Numbered from the stretch's first letter, positions 51,547 through 61,325 are shown. The stretch: 64,000 bases of DNA from Desulfosoma sp. (GCA_037481835.1 JBBFKW010000004.1:142569-206568), one strand, 5' to 3'. A program made the numbers and translations. The notes: generated from the letters alone by a model not told the origin.

Positions 51547-52109
51547 AGCCCGTGCCAGGGTGGTACGAGATCGTGGGCAATCCCCAGATGATCCAGGATG
51601 CGCCCGACGATGAAATCCACGAGATCGTCCACGGTGCGGGGTTGGTGATAGAAGCCGGGAGCCGGCGGCAACACGACGGCGCCGGCTTCGGTGAGGGCCA
51701 ACATGTTTTTCAGATGGACGGCGCTCAGCGGCGTCTCCCGCGGGACCACAATGAGAGGCCGTCGTTCCTTGAGGCACACGTCGGCGGCTCGGTGGATGAG
51801 GTTATTGGCCAATCCGTTGGCGACAGCCGCCAGTGTGCCCATGGTGCACGGGACGATGACCATGCCGCGAGTGCGAAAGGAGCCGCTGGCGATGGGGGCG
51901 GTGAAGGCGTCTTCGGCGTAAAGAGGGATCCCCGGCGGGAGATCTTCTTCCAGGGTCCTGCCGGTTTCCAGCCGATAGACGAGCCGGCCGGCCGATGACA
52001 CCACCCCGTGGGTGGGAACGCCTCGGTGCGCCAAGAACCGGAAAAGACGCCGCGCGTAAGGCGCGCCGCTGGCCCCCGTTACGGCGACGATGACCGGGAG
52101 AGCATCCAC
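51543..52109 (-). CDS. ubiX: Flavin prenyltransferase UbiX
   Basis: VTGASGAPY, IASGSF, PCTMGTL, RAADVCLKERR, PRETP, PGFY. Start inferred at GTG 52109. Confidence 0.92.
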   Translation of the reverse strand: MDALPVIVAVTGASGAPYARRLFRFLAHRGVPTHGVVSSAGRLVYRLETGRTLEEDLPPGIPLYAEDAFTAPIASGSFRTRGMVIVPCTMGTLAAVANGLANNLIHRAADVCLKERRPLIVVPRETPLSAVHLKNMLALTEAGAVVLPPAPGFYHQPRTVDDLVDFIVGRILDHLGIAHDLVPPWHGL

Positions 52110-52891
52110 GCGTCCCACACCTCCTCCACACTGCGTCCTTCGTGCACCAAGCTGACGATGGCCGAGAGAAAACGATCCGGGCATGCGTGCTGAAAGACGT
52201 TTCGACCCACGGCCACCCCGGCCAAGCCCGCTTCGAGTCCCATGCGAATCCTTGTGAGGAAAGCCCGCTCATCGGGTTCTTTGGTCCCGCCGGCCATGAC
52301 CACCGGCACAGGGACACTTTGCGCAATCCGCTCCACGGTCTCGAGACGCTGAGGCGCGGGAATCTTGATGATATCCGCACCCAGTTCGGCCGCCACGCGG
52401 GCGGCATGTTCCACGAACTCGTCCGTGACGGGCTTGGGCGCATGCACCCCCCGCACGTAGATCATCGCCAACAAAGGCATATTCCACTGGGCACACGCCT
52501 CCCCCACACGGCCCAAATCCACGAGCATCTGCGGCTCGGCCTCATCCCCCAGGTTGACATGCACGGAAACACCATCGGCCCCCCGCCGGACGGCTTCCTC
52601 CACGGACCCGACCAACACCTTGCGATGAAAAGAGGGCCCGATCTGCGTGCTGGCCGAAAGGTGCATGAAAACCCCCGGAAGGCGACCCGGAATCCGCTCC
52701 ACATAGGCCATCATGCCTTTATGCAGCACGAAACCGTCGGCTCCCGCGGCGGCTCCGTATCGAAGGACGGCTTCCATCTGTGCAATGCCGTGCACGGGAC
52801 CGCAACTGACGCCGTGGTCCAAGGGAAAGAGCACCAGGCGTCCATCCCCCCTGAAAAAAAAACGACGCAACCTCAAGTTCTTGCCGCTCAT
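52079..52891 (-). CDS. DhnA-type class I aldolase / 2-amino-3,7-dideoxy-D-threo-hept-6-ulosonate synthase-like
   Basis: PLDHGVS.GP, LHKG, HLSAST, SVHVNLG, ELGADIIK, AGG, GRNVFQH. Confidence 0.85.
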   Translation of the reverse strand: MSGKNLRLRRFFFRGDGRLVLFPLDHGVSCGPVHGIAQMEAVLRYGAAAGADGFVLHKGMMAYVERIPGRLPGVFMHLSASTQIGPSFHRKVLVGSVEEAVRRGADGVSVHVNLGDEAEPQMLVDLGRVGEACAQWNMPLLAMIYVRGVHAPKPVTDEFVEHAARVAAELGADIIKIPAPQRLETVERIAQSVPVPVVMAGGTKEPDERAFLTRIRMGLEAGLAGVAVGRNVFQHACPDRFLSAIVSLVHEGRSVEEVWDAWMLSRSSSP

Positions 52892-53772
52892 CTCCCGTTT
52901 TCCCCCCCCGAGTGTCCCTTGAGCGCGCCGTCCCTATCGGTTTCGGAATCCGCCCACAGTTCCAACTGCGGGCACGCGGCGATGTCCCCGATGACCACCA
53001 TCTGCCGATAGAACAGGCTCAGCCCTTCAAGGGCTTTCTCATCCAGGTCGAAGCGGAACGTTTGGTAGTAGCGCCGTAAACCATCCAGATCCAGGATCCC
53101 CAAGCGAGCGGCCTCCCGGCACAAGACGTCCAGGTGACGCGCCCCCCACGCCTTGGATTCCCACAGGCAGCGCACCACCTCATGGACCCGCAGCGGCTCG
53201 TGGGCCGCCACATCCCGGCGCACGACCCATAGGGCAAACACGAAGGGAAGGCCCGTCCACCGATTCCACACTTCCGCCAAGTCCCACCGGTGAGGATACT
53301 CCGGATGGCGTCCCCACACCAAGGCCTCATCACCGATGGCGAGAAACGCCGTCGGGGAGGATCCGTTGGCAAGGGCCGTGCTGAGAGCCCCTCGGTGATA
53401 GCGCACCCCTTGCACGCGCCAGTACCGCTCCATCAGGACCTTCAGGAGCACCACAGAAGTGTCCGAATGGCTCGTGAGGAGGATGTCCTCCCCTTCGAGC
53501 GCCTCCATGGGTTTTTTGCTCAAAAGCAACACACTGTGCACCGGCCCGGCGCATGCGATGGCCAATCCGGGAACGATTTTGAAGAGCTGCGGGTACCGTG
53601 CGTACATCACCGAAGAAACGGCGCTGATGTCCAAATCCCCGCGGCACACCATGGCGTTCAATTCCGATGGGCATCGAGCCGTGATGCGACACGGATTGCC
53701 CGTGAAACCGTGTTCCATGGCATAGTAGACAGGCCACACATTGAGGTAGTCGATTTTGCCGAGCTTCAGCAT
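52888..53772 (-). CDS. mqnA: Chorismate dehydratase (futalosine pathway)
   Basis: LGKIDYLNVWP, PSELN, GPVHSV, TS, IGDEAL, TGLPFVFALW. Confidence 0.88.
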   Translation of the reverse strand: MLKLGKIDYLNVWPVYYAMEHGFTGNPCRITARCPSELNAMVCRGDLDISAVSSVMYARYPQLFKIVPGLAIACAGPVHSVLLLSKKPMEALEGEDILLTSHSDTSVVLLKVLMERYWRVQGVRYHRGALSTALANGSSPTAFLAIGDEALVWGRHPEYPHRWDLAEVWNRWTGLPFVFALWVVRRDVAAHEPLRVHEVVRCLWESKAWGARHLDVLCREAARLGILDLDGLRRYYQTFRFDLDEKALEGLSLFYRQMVVIGDIAACPQLELWADSETDRDGALKGHSGGENGR

Positions 53773-54995
53773 GACGTTTCTCCACGGATCCATGTCCCAC
53801 GGCCCAAAGAGGCCTCTTGGATGATCGCTTCCGCCAGATCGTTTTCCGACGCCGGATGTCCTGAAACAGGGACGGCCAAGAAGGGCGTCCCGGCCCCGGG
53901 TCCCAGGACCCCCCAGGATCCTTCCAAACCGAGGGCGCGCGCGCCGCCAAGCGTCATCATGCGGAGCACCACCGCAGGTTCCAGCCCCGGGTACGCGTCC
54001 AAAACGGCGGCCGCTTCCCGAAAAAGATTCAGGTCTTCATTGCTGGCACGGCTGTCCGTGCCCAAGGCGCAGGGGATCTTCCTGCGAATGGCCTCTTCTA
54101 TCTTGGGCAAAGTCCCCTCAATCCACAGGTTGCTTCGAGGGCAAAAACACACGCAGGCGCCCCGCCGCGCCGTGATGTCCCAATCTTCGGAATCGACGTG
54201 GACCATGTGGACGAGTAGGGTCTGAGGGTCGAGAACCCCTAAAGCCTCCAGAGTCCGGACGGGGGAAGTTCCGGAAGGGCGCCATGCATCGTCCCATCGG
54301 CCGAGAAAGGCCAGAAGGTCGCGGCAGAAACCCGTGCCGTCTCGCACGAATGTCGTTTCTTCTCGGTGTTCGGCCGCATGGATGGAAAAGGGCAAACCGC
54401 GGGTCCGTGTCCATTCCTTGGCCTGACGGATCACGTCCCACGATGTCCCGTAGAGCGAGTGGGCGGCAAGAGGCCAGGACATCGTCTCCACATCGTGGGC
54501 CGCAGGCAGAACCTCCTGGAGACTCTTGGCGCAAAATCCCAAAACCTCCACAAAGCGCCGCTCGTACGGAATACCGCGGGCCTCCTCCACTCCGTCCAGC
54601 GGCGCATTGATGACGTCGCCCAGCCAGATCGTTCCCGTTGCGGCGGCTTCGGCACGGCCCTTGCCGCGCGCGTCCCTGCGCTCAGCGGGGCTCTGGCCCC
54701 CCTTGGCCTCAAAAACCGAGAAAACCCAACGAGCGAAACCCGGCGGCTCCCCCGGCCTCGGAAAGGAAAGGCCGCTGAAATCCAAATGGATATGCGCGTT
54801 GATTGCTGCAGGTAAAAGGGCCGTTGCCTCGTGGTCCCAAAGGCGTGTCGCGCCGCCGCCGTAACGACTCACGAGGTCTGGGGCTTTCCCCACATCCACA
54901 ATGTGATCCCCGCGCACCGCTACGGCACCGTCGGCAATGGCCGGGCCGATTCCGGGAAACACCCAAGGCGCCCGGTGGATGTGAACCGGTTCCAT
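53766..54995 (-). CDS. Amidohydrolase, probable aminofutalosine deaminase
   Basis: NAHIHL, HSLY, HAAE, CPRSN, LGTDS..SN; embedded in the mqn operon. Confidence 0.75.
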   Translation of the reverse strand: MEPVHIHRAPWVFPGIGPAIADGAVAVRGDHIVDVGKAPDLVSRYGGGATRLWDHEATALLPAAINAHIHLDFSGLSFPRPGEPPGFARWVFSVFEAKGGQSPAERRDARGKGRAEAAATGTIWLGDVINAPLDGVEEARGIPYERRFVEVLGFCAKSLQEVLPAAHDVETMSWPLAAHSLYGTSWDVIRQAKEWTRTRGLPFSIHAAEHREETTFVRDGTGFCRDLLAFLGRWDDAWRPSGTSPVRTLEALGVLDPQTLLVHMVHVDSEDWDITARRGACVCFCPRSNLWIEGTLPKIEEAIRRKIPCALGTDSRASNEDLNLFREAAAVLDAYPGLEPAVVLRMMTLGGARALGLEGSWGVLGPGAGTPFLAVPVSGHPASENDLAEAIIQEASLGRGTWIRGETSC

Positions 54996-55005
54996 GGGGC
55001 CTGCT

Positions 55006-56079
55006 CTAAGAGCCTTCGATCCATTCATAGGCCATGGTCCGCTGCTTGGGCACGAACCCCGCGTCCTCGATGATTCGGCGAATTTCTTCCAGAGACAGCC
55101 GAAAATGCACCCCCGCCGCCGCCACCACGTTTTCTTCAATCATGGTGGACCCGAAATCGTTGGCGCCGAAAAAGAGGGCCGCCTGGGCCACCTTGGGGCC
55201 CATGGTGACCCAAGACGCTTGGATGTTGTCGAAATTGTCCAAGACGAGACGAGAGAGGGCCAGAAGGCGGAGGTACCCCACGGCCGTTTCCGGACGTCTC
55301 TCAAGGGCCGTATGCCCCGGCTGGAAGGTCCACGGGATAAAGGCCGTAAAGCCGCCCGTTCGGTCCTGCAGGTCGCGCAACGCGAAAAGATGCGCCAGCC
55401 GGTCGTCCAAGGACTCTTCGTGGCCGAACATCATGGTGGCCGTCGTGCGCAGTCCCTGGCGATGCGCTTCTTCCATGACACCGAGCCATTCGGCGGCCGA
55501 ACACTTGTTGGGGGATACTTTGCGGCGGACCGCATCCACGAGGATTTCAGCCCCGCCACCGGGAATGGAATCCAAGCCGGCTTCCTTCAGGCGGGCGATG
55601 ACCGCGGCCGTATCAAGCCTTTCGCGCCTGGCGAAGAAAACGATTTCCGGCGGGGAAAAGGCATGGATGTGCACGGGATAGCGATCCTTGATGAAGCGCA
55701 GCATGTCCTCGTAAAAACTCAAGGGGAGATCCGGGTGATGGCCTCCCTGAAGGAGGATTTGCGTGCCGCCCAGTACCAGGGTTTCTTCGATTTTGCGGGC
55801 CAGGGCGCTTCTTTCGAGAACGTAGCCTTCGGGATGACCGGGAGGCCGATAAAAGGCGCAAAACCGACACCCACAAACACAGATGTTGGAATAGTTGATA
55901 TTGCGGTCCACCACATAGGTGACCACGTCGTCCGGATGCTTTCTGCGCCGGATCGTATGGGCGGCGTATCCCAGCCAGTGGAAGTCGGCCTCGCGATAAA
56001 TCCTTCGCGCCTCATCCCAGCTCACACGCCGTCCCTCGTTGAGGACCTCGTTGAAAAAGATCTCCTTCCCTTTTTCCAT
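55006..56079 (-). CDS. mqnC: Cyclic dehypoxanthine futalosine synthase
   Basis: DRNINYSNICVCGCRFCAF, LQGGHHP, PGGGAEIL, QASWVT, DFGSTMIEENVV. Confidence 0.93.
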   Translation of the reverse strand: MEKGKEIFFNEVLNEGRRVSWDEARRIYREADFHWLGYAAHTIRRRKHPDDVVTYVVDRNINYSNICVCGCRFCAFYRPPGHPEGYVLERSALARKIEETLVLGGTQILLQGGHHPDLPLSFYEDMLRFIKDRYPVHIHAFSPPEIVFFARRERLDTAAVIARLKEAGLDSIPGGGAEILVDAVRRKVSPNKCSAAEWLGVMEEAHRQGLRTTATMMFGHEESLDDRLAHLFALRDLQDRTGGFTAFIPWTFQPGHTALERRPETAVGYLRLLALSRLVLDNFDNIQASWVTMGPKVAQAALFFGANDFGSTMIEENVVAAAGVHFRLSLEEIRRIIEDAGFVPKQRTMAYEWIEGS

Positions 56080-56158
56080 CGTTTTCCTCTGAGCCATCCA
56101 CGCCGTCCCGCCGATCCTCTTCTCCTCCTCGGCCGGATCGACCCGAAGGCTCTCTTTT

Positions 56159-57271
56159 TCAGCCCGCTTGGACCGATGCCTGAGCGGCTTCGAAAAAGCA
56201 GTTTCGTTCCACGGGATGGAATCCCGCTTCCCGAATGAGATTTTCCAAGGCCTCCCGGGTGAGAAAATCTTCCGATTCGGCTCCTGCCATGTGCCCGATC
56301 TTTTCTTCCACCACGGTGCCGTCCAGATCGTCTGCGCCGAAATGGAGCGCCACCTGGGCCAGTTTGACCCCAAGCATGACCCAGTAGGCCTTGATGTGCG
56401 GGATGTTATCCAGCATGAGGCGCGAGACGGCGATGGTCTTCAGGATGTCGACACCGCTCGGCCCACGGGCGCCGTCCACTTCCGTGTTCAGCGGCTGGAA
56501 CGGCAGCGGGATGAAACACACGAACCCTCCCGTTTCATCCTGAAGGCGGCGCAAAGCGTCCAGGTGCTCCAGTCGTTCCTCCAGGGTTTCCCTGTGGCCG
56601 AAAAGCATGGTGGCGTTGCTCTTGATTCCCAGTTCGTGGGCTTCCCGCATCACGCGCAGCCAGCCCTCGCCGTCCAACTTGTTCGGGCAAAGGAGCCGCC
56701 TCACCCGAGGACTGAAGACTTCCGCCCCCCCGCCGGGCAACATCTCCAAGCCCGCCGCCCGAAGCCTCAGGAGCACCTCGCGGGTGGGGAGTCCCTCCAG
56801 GTGTGCGAAATGGGCGATTTCCACCGCCGTGAAGGCCTTGAGGTGCACCTGGGGCCGAACCCGCCGGATCGCCCGAAGCATCGCCTCAAAGGTTTCCAGG
56901 CGCAGCTCAGGGTGACAGCCTCCCACAATGTGAATTTCCGTGATGGGATCCTGAAAGCGTTCCTGGACCTTGGCCACGACGTCCGAAACGGTGAGCTCGA
57001 ACGATCCGGGTTCTCCCTTGCGGCGTCGAAAGGCACAAAAGAGGCACCCGTTCACGCACACGTTGGAATAGTTGATGTGCTGGTTGACGACGTAAAAGGT
57101 CGTGCGCCCGTGCCGACGGAGCCGCACCTGATGGGCCAAAGCCCCCACGGCGACGAGATCCCGACACTGAAAAAGACGCAGCCCGTCCTCCACGTCCAGG
57201 CGGTCCCCGGCAATGACCTTGTGGAAGATCCCATCAAGACCCAGGGACTTGTAAACCGCAGCCGGAATCAT
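56159..57271 (-). CDS. mqnE: Aminofutalosine synthase
   Basis: HINYSNVCVNGCLFCAF, KAFTAVEI, HIKAYW, DLDGTVVEEKI.HMAG. Confidence 0.93.
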   Translation of the reverse strand: MIPAAVYKSLGLDGIFHKVIAGDRLDVEDGLRLFQCRDLVAVGALAHQVRLRRHGRTTFYVVNQHINYSNVCVNGCLFCAFRRRKGEPGSFELTVSDVVAKVQERFQDPITEIHIVGGCHPELRLETFEAMLRAIRRVRPQVHLKAFTAVEIAHFAHLEGLPTREVLLRLRAAGLEMLPGGGAEVFSPRVRRLLCPNKLDGEGWLRVMREAHELGIKSNATMLFGHRETLEERLEHLDALRRLQDETGGFVCFIPLPFQPLNTEVDGARGPSGVDILKTIAVSRLMLDNIPHIKAYWVMLGVKLAQVALHFGADDLDGTVVEEKIGHMAGAESEDFLTREALENLIREAGFHPVERNCFFEAAQASVQAG

Positions 57272-57953
57272 CCTGTGCCCTTTCTGTTCGTTGGCTTTCG
57301 GCATGCCCAACGCTGTCGCCGGCCAATCCATTGTGCAAGACTTTGACAAATTCCCCTATCAGACGGTCCGTCACTTGGGGACTCCCTTCGTACAGGCCGG
57401 TGCCTCCATCCAGGAAGGAGACACAATGGGCCTGAAGGAATCGATCCATGACGGCGTCCAGGAAAAAGACAACGAAATCGGGATCCAGGTCCGAACGCAC
57501 CTCGCCCCGGGCCATCCCCTTGAGCACCATGGGGCGCAGGTATTCGGCGGAAAAGAAACGCACCCGCTGGAGGAGTTCGGTCCTCAGGGGAAAATCTTCC
57601 TGAAAGAGCATCTTGAGATAAATGCGGTAGACGCGGGGATGCCGCCGGATGAAATCCACACCCGCCGCAAGGCTGCGGCGGATTTTTTCGTAAAAATCCT
57701 TTTCCGCCGTCTCTTCCTTGACCTGGGCCAAGCGCTTTCGCACCAAGGCGACGGCATGGTCGAAAATGAAAAGAAAGAGGCCTTCCTTGTTGCCGAAATA
57801 CTGAAAGAGCGAGCCTTTGGAAATGCCCAGGGTTTGGGCCAAACGGTTGAGGCTCGCCTGCCGAAACCCATAGCGGGAAAATTCTTCCACGGCGCCTTCC
57901 AAAATCTTTTCCCGCTTGGGCTCCCTGAGCCTCATAAAGCGATCGATCCCCAT
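57234..57953 (-). CDS. TetR/AcrR family transcriptional regulator
   Basis: EEFSRYGFRQASLNRLAQTLGISKGSLFQYFGNKEGLF. Confidence 0.92.
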   Translation of the reverse strand: MGIDRFMRLREPKREKILEGAVEEFSRYGFRQASLNRLAQTLGISKGSLFQYFGNKEGLFLFIFDHAVALVRKRLAQVKEETAEKDFYEKIRRSLAAGVDFIRRHPRVYRIYLKMLFQEDFPLRTELLQRVRFFSAEYLRPMVLKGMARGEVRSDLDPDFVVFFLDAVMDRFLQAHCVSFLDGGTGLYEGSPQVTDRLIGEFVKVLHNGLAGDSVGHAESQRTERAQDDSGCGLQVPGS

Positions 57954-57985
57954 GGGTCCCTTTTCCTTCAATGGCCGGGCTATCG

Positions 57986-58031
57986 AAATGACCAGGTGGT
58001 CATTTTTATCGAACCCCCTGAACCTTGTCAA
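57986..58031 (-). promoter_or_regulatory. TetR-type operator and sigma-70 promoter of the tetR-mqn operon
   Basis: Perfect palindrome AAATGACCA-GG-TGGTCATTT (57986-58005) overlapping minus-strand TTGACA-N17-TAAAAA (58031-58003). Confidence 0.7.
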
Positions 58032-58099
58032 CCGATCCCTTGATGGCACACCCAGCTGCGGGTATAGAACGGGGAAAACGCCAACCGAGGAGGCACGGC

Positions 58100-59425
58100 A
58101 TGCGTCGACCCGTCATTCACGGGCCTCTTCCCGGCCCCAAGGCCCGGGAACTCACAGCCAAGGACCACCGGTACGTGTCCCCGTCCTACACGCGCGTCTA
58201 TCCGCTGGTGGCGGAAAAGGGTCAAGGGGTGTGGGTGGAAGACGTGGACGGCAACGAATTCCTGGATTTTACGGCGGGCATCGCCGTGTGCGCCACGGGG
58301 CACTGTCATCCCCGGGTGGTGCGGGCCGTGCAGGATCAGGCGGAGCGGCTGCTGCACATGTCCGGAACGGATTTTTACTACACACCGCAGATCCGGTTGG
58401 CGGAAAAGCTCTCGTCCCTCGTCCCCGGAGACGACATCTACAAGGTCTATTTCGGCAATTCGGGGGCGGAGGCCGTGGAGGCGGCTTTTAAGCTCGCGCG
58501 CTGGCACACCCGACGGGAACTGAACATCGCCTTTTTCGGGGCTTTTCACGGCCGCACCATGGGCGCCCTGTCCCTGACGGCCAGCAAGACCATCCAAAAA
58601 CGCCATTACAACCCCTTCGTACCCGGCATTACCCACATTCCGTACGCGTATTGCTACCGATGCCCCTACAATCTGGCCTACCCGTCCTGCGACGTGGAAT
58701 GCGCCCGCTGGGTCGAAGAAACCCTGTTCCGCACCACTGTGCCGCCCGACGAAGTGGCGGCCATCTTCGTGGAACCCATCCAAGGGGAAGGGGGCTACAT
58801 CGTGCCGCCGCCGGAATTCCACAAGCGCCTCCAGGGCATCGCCCGAAAGTACGGCATTCTCTACGTGGCCGACGAGGTTCAGACGGGGATCGGCCGCACG
58901 GGAAAGATGTTCGCCATGGAGCATTTCGGCGTCGTACCGGACATCATCGCCTTGGCCAAAGGCATCGCTTCGGGGCTGCCCCTCGGGGCCATGATGGCCC
59001 CGGCCCGCATCATGGACTGGGAAGCGGGCTCCCACGCCTCCACCTTCGGCGGGAACCCCCTGTCCTGCCAAGCGGCCTTGGAAACCCTGGCCTTGGTGGA
59101 ATCCGAGCTTATGGTCAACGCGGCCGCCATGGGGGATCGGCTCCTTGCGGGGCTACGGCGGCTCCAGCAGGAATGGGAATGCATGGGCGATGTGCGCGGC
59201 CTCGGCCTCATGGTCGGCGTGGAACTGGTCAGGGACCGGCACACCAAGGAACGGGCCACCGAGTGGCGAAACGCCCTCATCCAGGAGGCGTTTCAGCGGG
59301 GATTGCTGCTCCTCGGGTGCGGCGAAAACACCGTGCGGTTTTGTCCGGCCCTGAGCGTCAGCGCCGAGGAAGTGGACTGCTGTTTGGACATCTTTTCCCA
59401 GGCCCTGGCCGCCCTGTTCCGGTAA
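58100..59425 (+). CDS. Class III PLP aminotransferase (GabT/ArgD-like)
   Basis: DVDGNEFLDF, NSGAEAVEAA, AFHGRT, EPIQGEGG, DEVQTGIGRTG, AKG, TFGGNP. Confidence 0.92.
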   Translation: MRRPVIHGPLPGPKARELTAKDHRYVSPSYTRVYPLVAEKGQGVWVEDVDGNEFLDFTAGIAVCATGHCHPRVVRAVQDQAERLLHMSGTDFYYTPQIRLAEKLSSLVPGDDIYKVYFGNSGAEAVEAAFKLARWHTRRELNIAFFGAFHGRTMGALSLTASKTIQKRHYNPFVPGITHIPYAYCYRCPYNLAYPSCDVECARWVEETLFRTTVPPDEVAAIFVEPIQGEGGYIVPPPEFHKRLQGIARKYGILYVADEVQTGIGRTGKMFAMEHFGVVPDIIALAKGIASGLPLGAMMAPARIMDWEAGSHASTFGGNPLSCQAALETLALVESELMVNAAAMGDRLLAGLRRLQQEWECMGDVRGLGLMVGVELVRDRHTKERATEWRNALIQEAFQRGLLLLGCGENTVRFCPALSVSAEEVDCCLDIFSQALAALFR

Positions 59426-59496
59426 AAGGCCGGATGAAGGCTCCGGTCACTTCGCGCCTTCTTTCACATCCCTGGGGGACCCGGCTTTGAAAAGGC

Positions 59497-59526
59497 TTGA
59501 CCCTGGGAAAAGGCCGTTTCTATAAT
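59497..59526 (+). promoter_or_regulatory. Putative distal sigma-70 promoter of dsrT-MKJO
   Basis: TTGACC-N18-TATAAT. Confidence 0.6.
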
Positions 59527-59618
59527 CGCTCTGAGCCCTTGCGTCGCTGGATTTCAGATGTCCCTGGAGCGGGGTGAAGAGGGCGGCGCAAAAGCCTTTT
59601 GCTTTGGCTCTCAAAGGC

Positions 59619-59661
59619 TTGACACGTTTTTTTTGGCCATCTATAGTGAGATACTTCACAA
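59619..59661 (+). promoter_or_regulatory. Proximal sigma-70 promoter with overlapping Rex box
   Basis: TTGACA-N17-TATAGT; TAGTGAGATACTTCACAA (59644-59661) versus Rex consensus TTGTGAAnnnnTTCACAA. Confidence 0.72.
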
Positions 59662-59745
59662 GATAAGCGCCGACGCCCTCCTTTGTCCTTTTGACAGGGC
59701 GGGGTGGATGTCGGCCGAACCGGCCTCGGGCACAACGGTGAGATC

Positions 59746-60285
59746 ATGAGCCTCACGGAATACCTGCAGCGCAACCAAAAACCGATCCTCAAAGAATGGT
59801 TCCAGGCGGTGGTGGAAACCTACCCGGAAGAAACCGCCAAGTTTCTCAAGAAAGAAAAAGACCCTTTCGCCAATCCCGTGGGCAGCTCCATCCTGGAAGG
59901 CATACAGGGCATTTACGCGCAGATCCTGGGGGGATTGGCGTCCGATGACGTCATGCCTTTTCTGGATCGCATCGTGCGGGTTCGGGCCGTTCAGGACTTC
60001 ACCCCAGCCCAAGCGGTGTCTTTCATGTTTTCATTAAAAGACGTCGTGCGGTCCCAGATGGAAAAGGACGGTCTGTTGAGCCGCTACGCGGCCGATTTGG
60101 CGGGTTTTGACCGGACGGTGGATCGTGCGGCCTTGATGGCTTTCAACATTTACATGGAATGCCGCGAAAAAATCTATCAACTGCGCGTCGACGAAATCAA
60201 GAACCGAACCGGGCGACTCCTGGAACGGGCCAATGCCATATGGGAGAGCCGCCGTGCGGAGGACGGCTCCCGGGAGGAATCATAA
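59746..60285 (+). CDS. dsrT: DsrT (RsbRD N-terminal domain protein)
   Basis: KDPFANPVG, RVRAVQDFTP.QA, AFNIYMECRE; immediately upstream of dsrM. Confidence 0.85.
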   Translation: MSLTEYLQRNQKPILKEWFQAVVETYPEETAKFLKKEKDPFANPVGSSILEGIQGIYAQILGGLASDDVMPFLDRIVRVRAVQDFTPAQAVSFMFSLKDVVRSQMEKDGLLSRYAADLAGFDRTVDRAALMAFNIYMECREKIYQLRVDEIKNRTGRLLERANAIWESRRAEDGSREES

Positions 60286-60318
60286 AACTTTTATTAACCA
60301 AAACGAGGTGGGGTGGTT

Positions 60319-61323
60319 ATGAATGCATCACAATCCATGGTTTTTTCCCTTGTCGCCGTCGGGATCCTCGTGTGCCTCCCACTGATCGGCGTGACGGCCG
60401 GGATGACGTCCCTTTTCGGCGTGATCATCCCCTATGCGGCCGTCGTCGTGTTCTTCGTGGGGGTTGTGGCACGGGTGGTGCGATGGGCCCGGTCTCCGGT
60501 GCCGTTCCGCATCCCGACCACCTGCGGGCAGCAGAAGAGCTTTCCGTGGATCAAGGCGGACAATCTGGACAACCCCTCGGACACCAAAGGAGTGGCCCTG
60601 CGCATGATCCTCGAAGTGTTGCTCTTCCGGTCCCTCTTTCGCAACACGCGCCTGGAATTCTACGACGGCCCCAAGATCCGTTACGCCTCCGCCAAGTGGT
60701 TGTGGCTCGGGGCCATCGTCTTTCATTACAGCTTCCTCGTCGTGTTCCTGAGGCACCTGCGCTTTTTCACCGAACCGGTCACGCCTCTGGTCACCCTCTT
60801 GGAAAGCGTGGACGGCTTTCTCGAAGTGGGCCTGCCGAGGCTCTACATTTCCGGACTGGCCTTGCTGGCCGGCGTGACGTATCTTTTCCTTCGCCGGGTG
60901 ACCATCCCGCAGCTCAAGTATATTTCCCTGCCGTCGGACTATTTCCCTCTGTTTCTCATCTTCGCCATCGCCGCCACGGGCCTTCTCATGCGCTACATCT
61001 TCAAAGTGGACATCGTAGGCGTGAAAGAGCTCACCTTCGGCCTGGCCACCTTCCACCCCGTGGTTCCGGAAGGGATCGGCGTCCTCTTTTATATCCACCT
61101 CTTCCTGGTCAGCGTGCTGTTCGCCTATTTCCCGTTCAGCAAGCTGGTGCACATGGCGGGAGTGTTCCTGAGCCCCACGCGGAATCTGCCCAACAACAGC
61201 CGCATGGTGCGTCACATCAATCCGTGGAACTACCCCGTCAAGGTTCATACCTACGAAGAATATGAAGACGAATTCAGGGAAAAGATGATCGAAGCTGGTC
61301 TCCCAGTGGAAAAGAAGGAGTAG
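60319..61323 (+). CDS. dsrM: DsrMKJOP complex cytochrome b subunit
   Basis: PFRIPTTCGQQKS, FHYSF..RHLR, YFPFSKLVH, PTRN. Confidence 0.93.
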   Translation: MNASQSMVFSLVAVGILVCLPLIGVTAGMTSLFGVIIPYAAVVVFFVGVVARVVRWARSPVPFRIPTTCGQQKSFPWIKADNLDNPSDTKGVALRMILEVLLFRSLFRNTRLEFYDGPKIRYASAKWLWLGAIVFHYSFLVVFLRHLRFFTEPVTPLVTLLESVDGFLEVGLPRLYISGLALLAGVTYLFLRRVTIPQLKYISLPSDYFPLFLIFAIAATGLLMRYIFKVDIVGVKELTFGLATFHPVVPEGIGVLFYIHLFLVSVLFAYFPFSKLVHMAGVFLSPTRNLPNNSRMVRHINPWNYPVKVHTYEEYEDEFREKMIEAGLPVEKKE

Positions 61324-61325
61324 AC

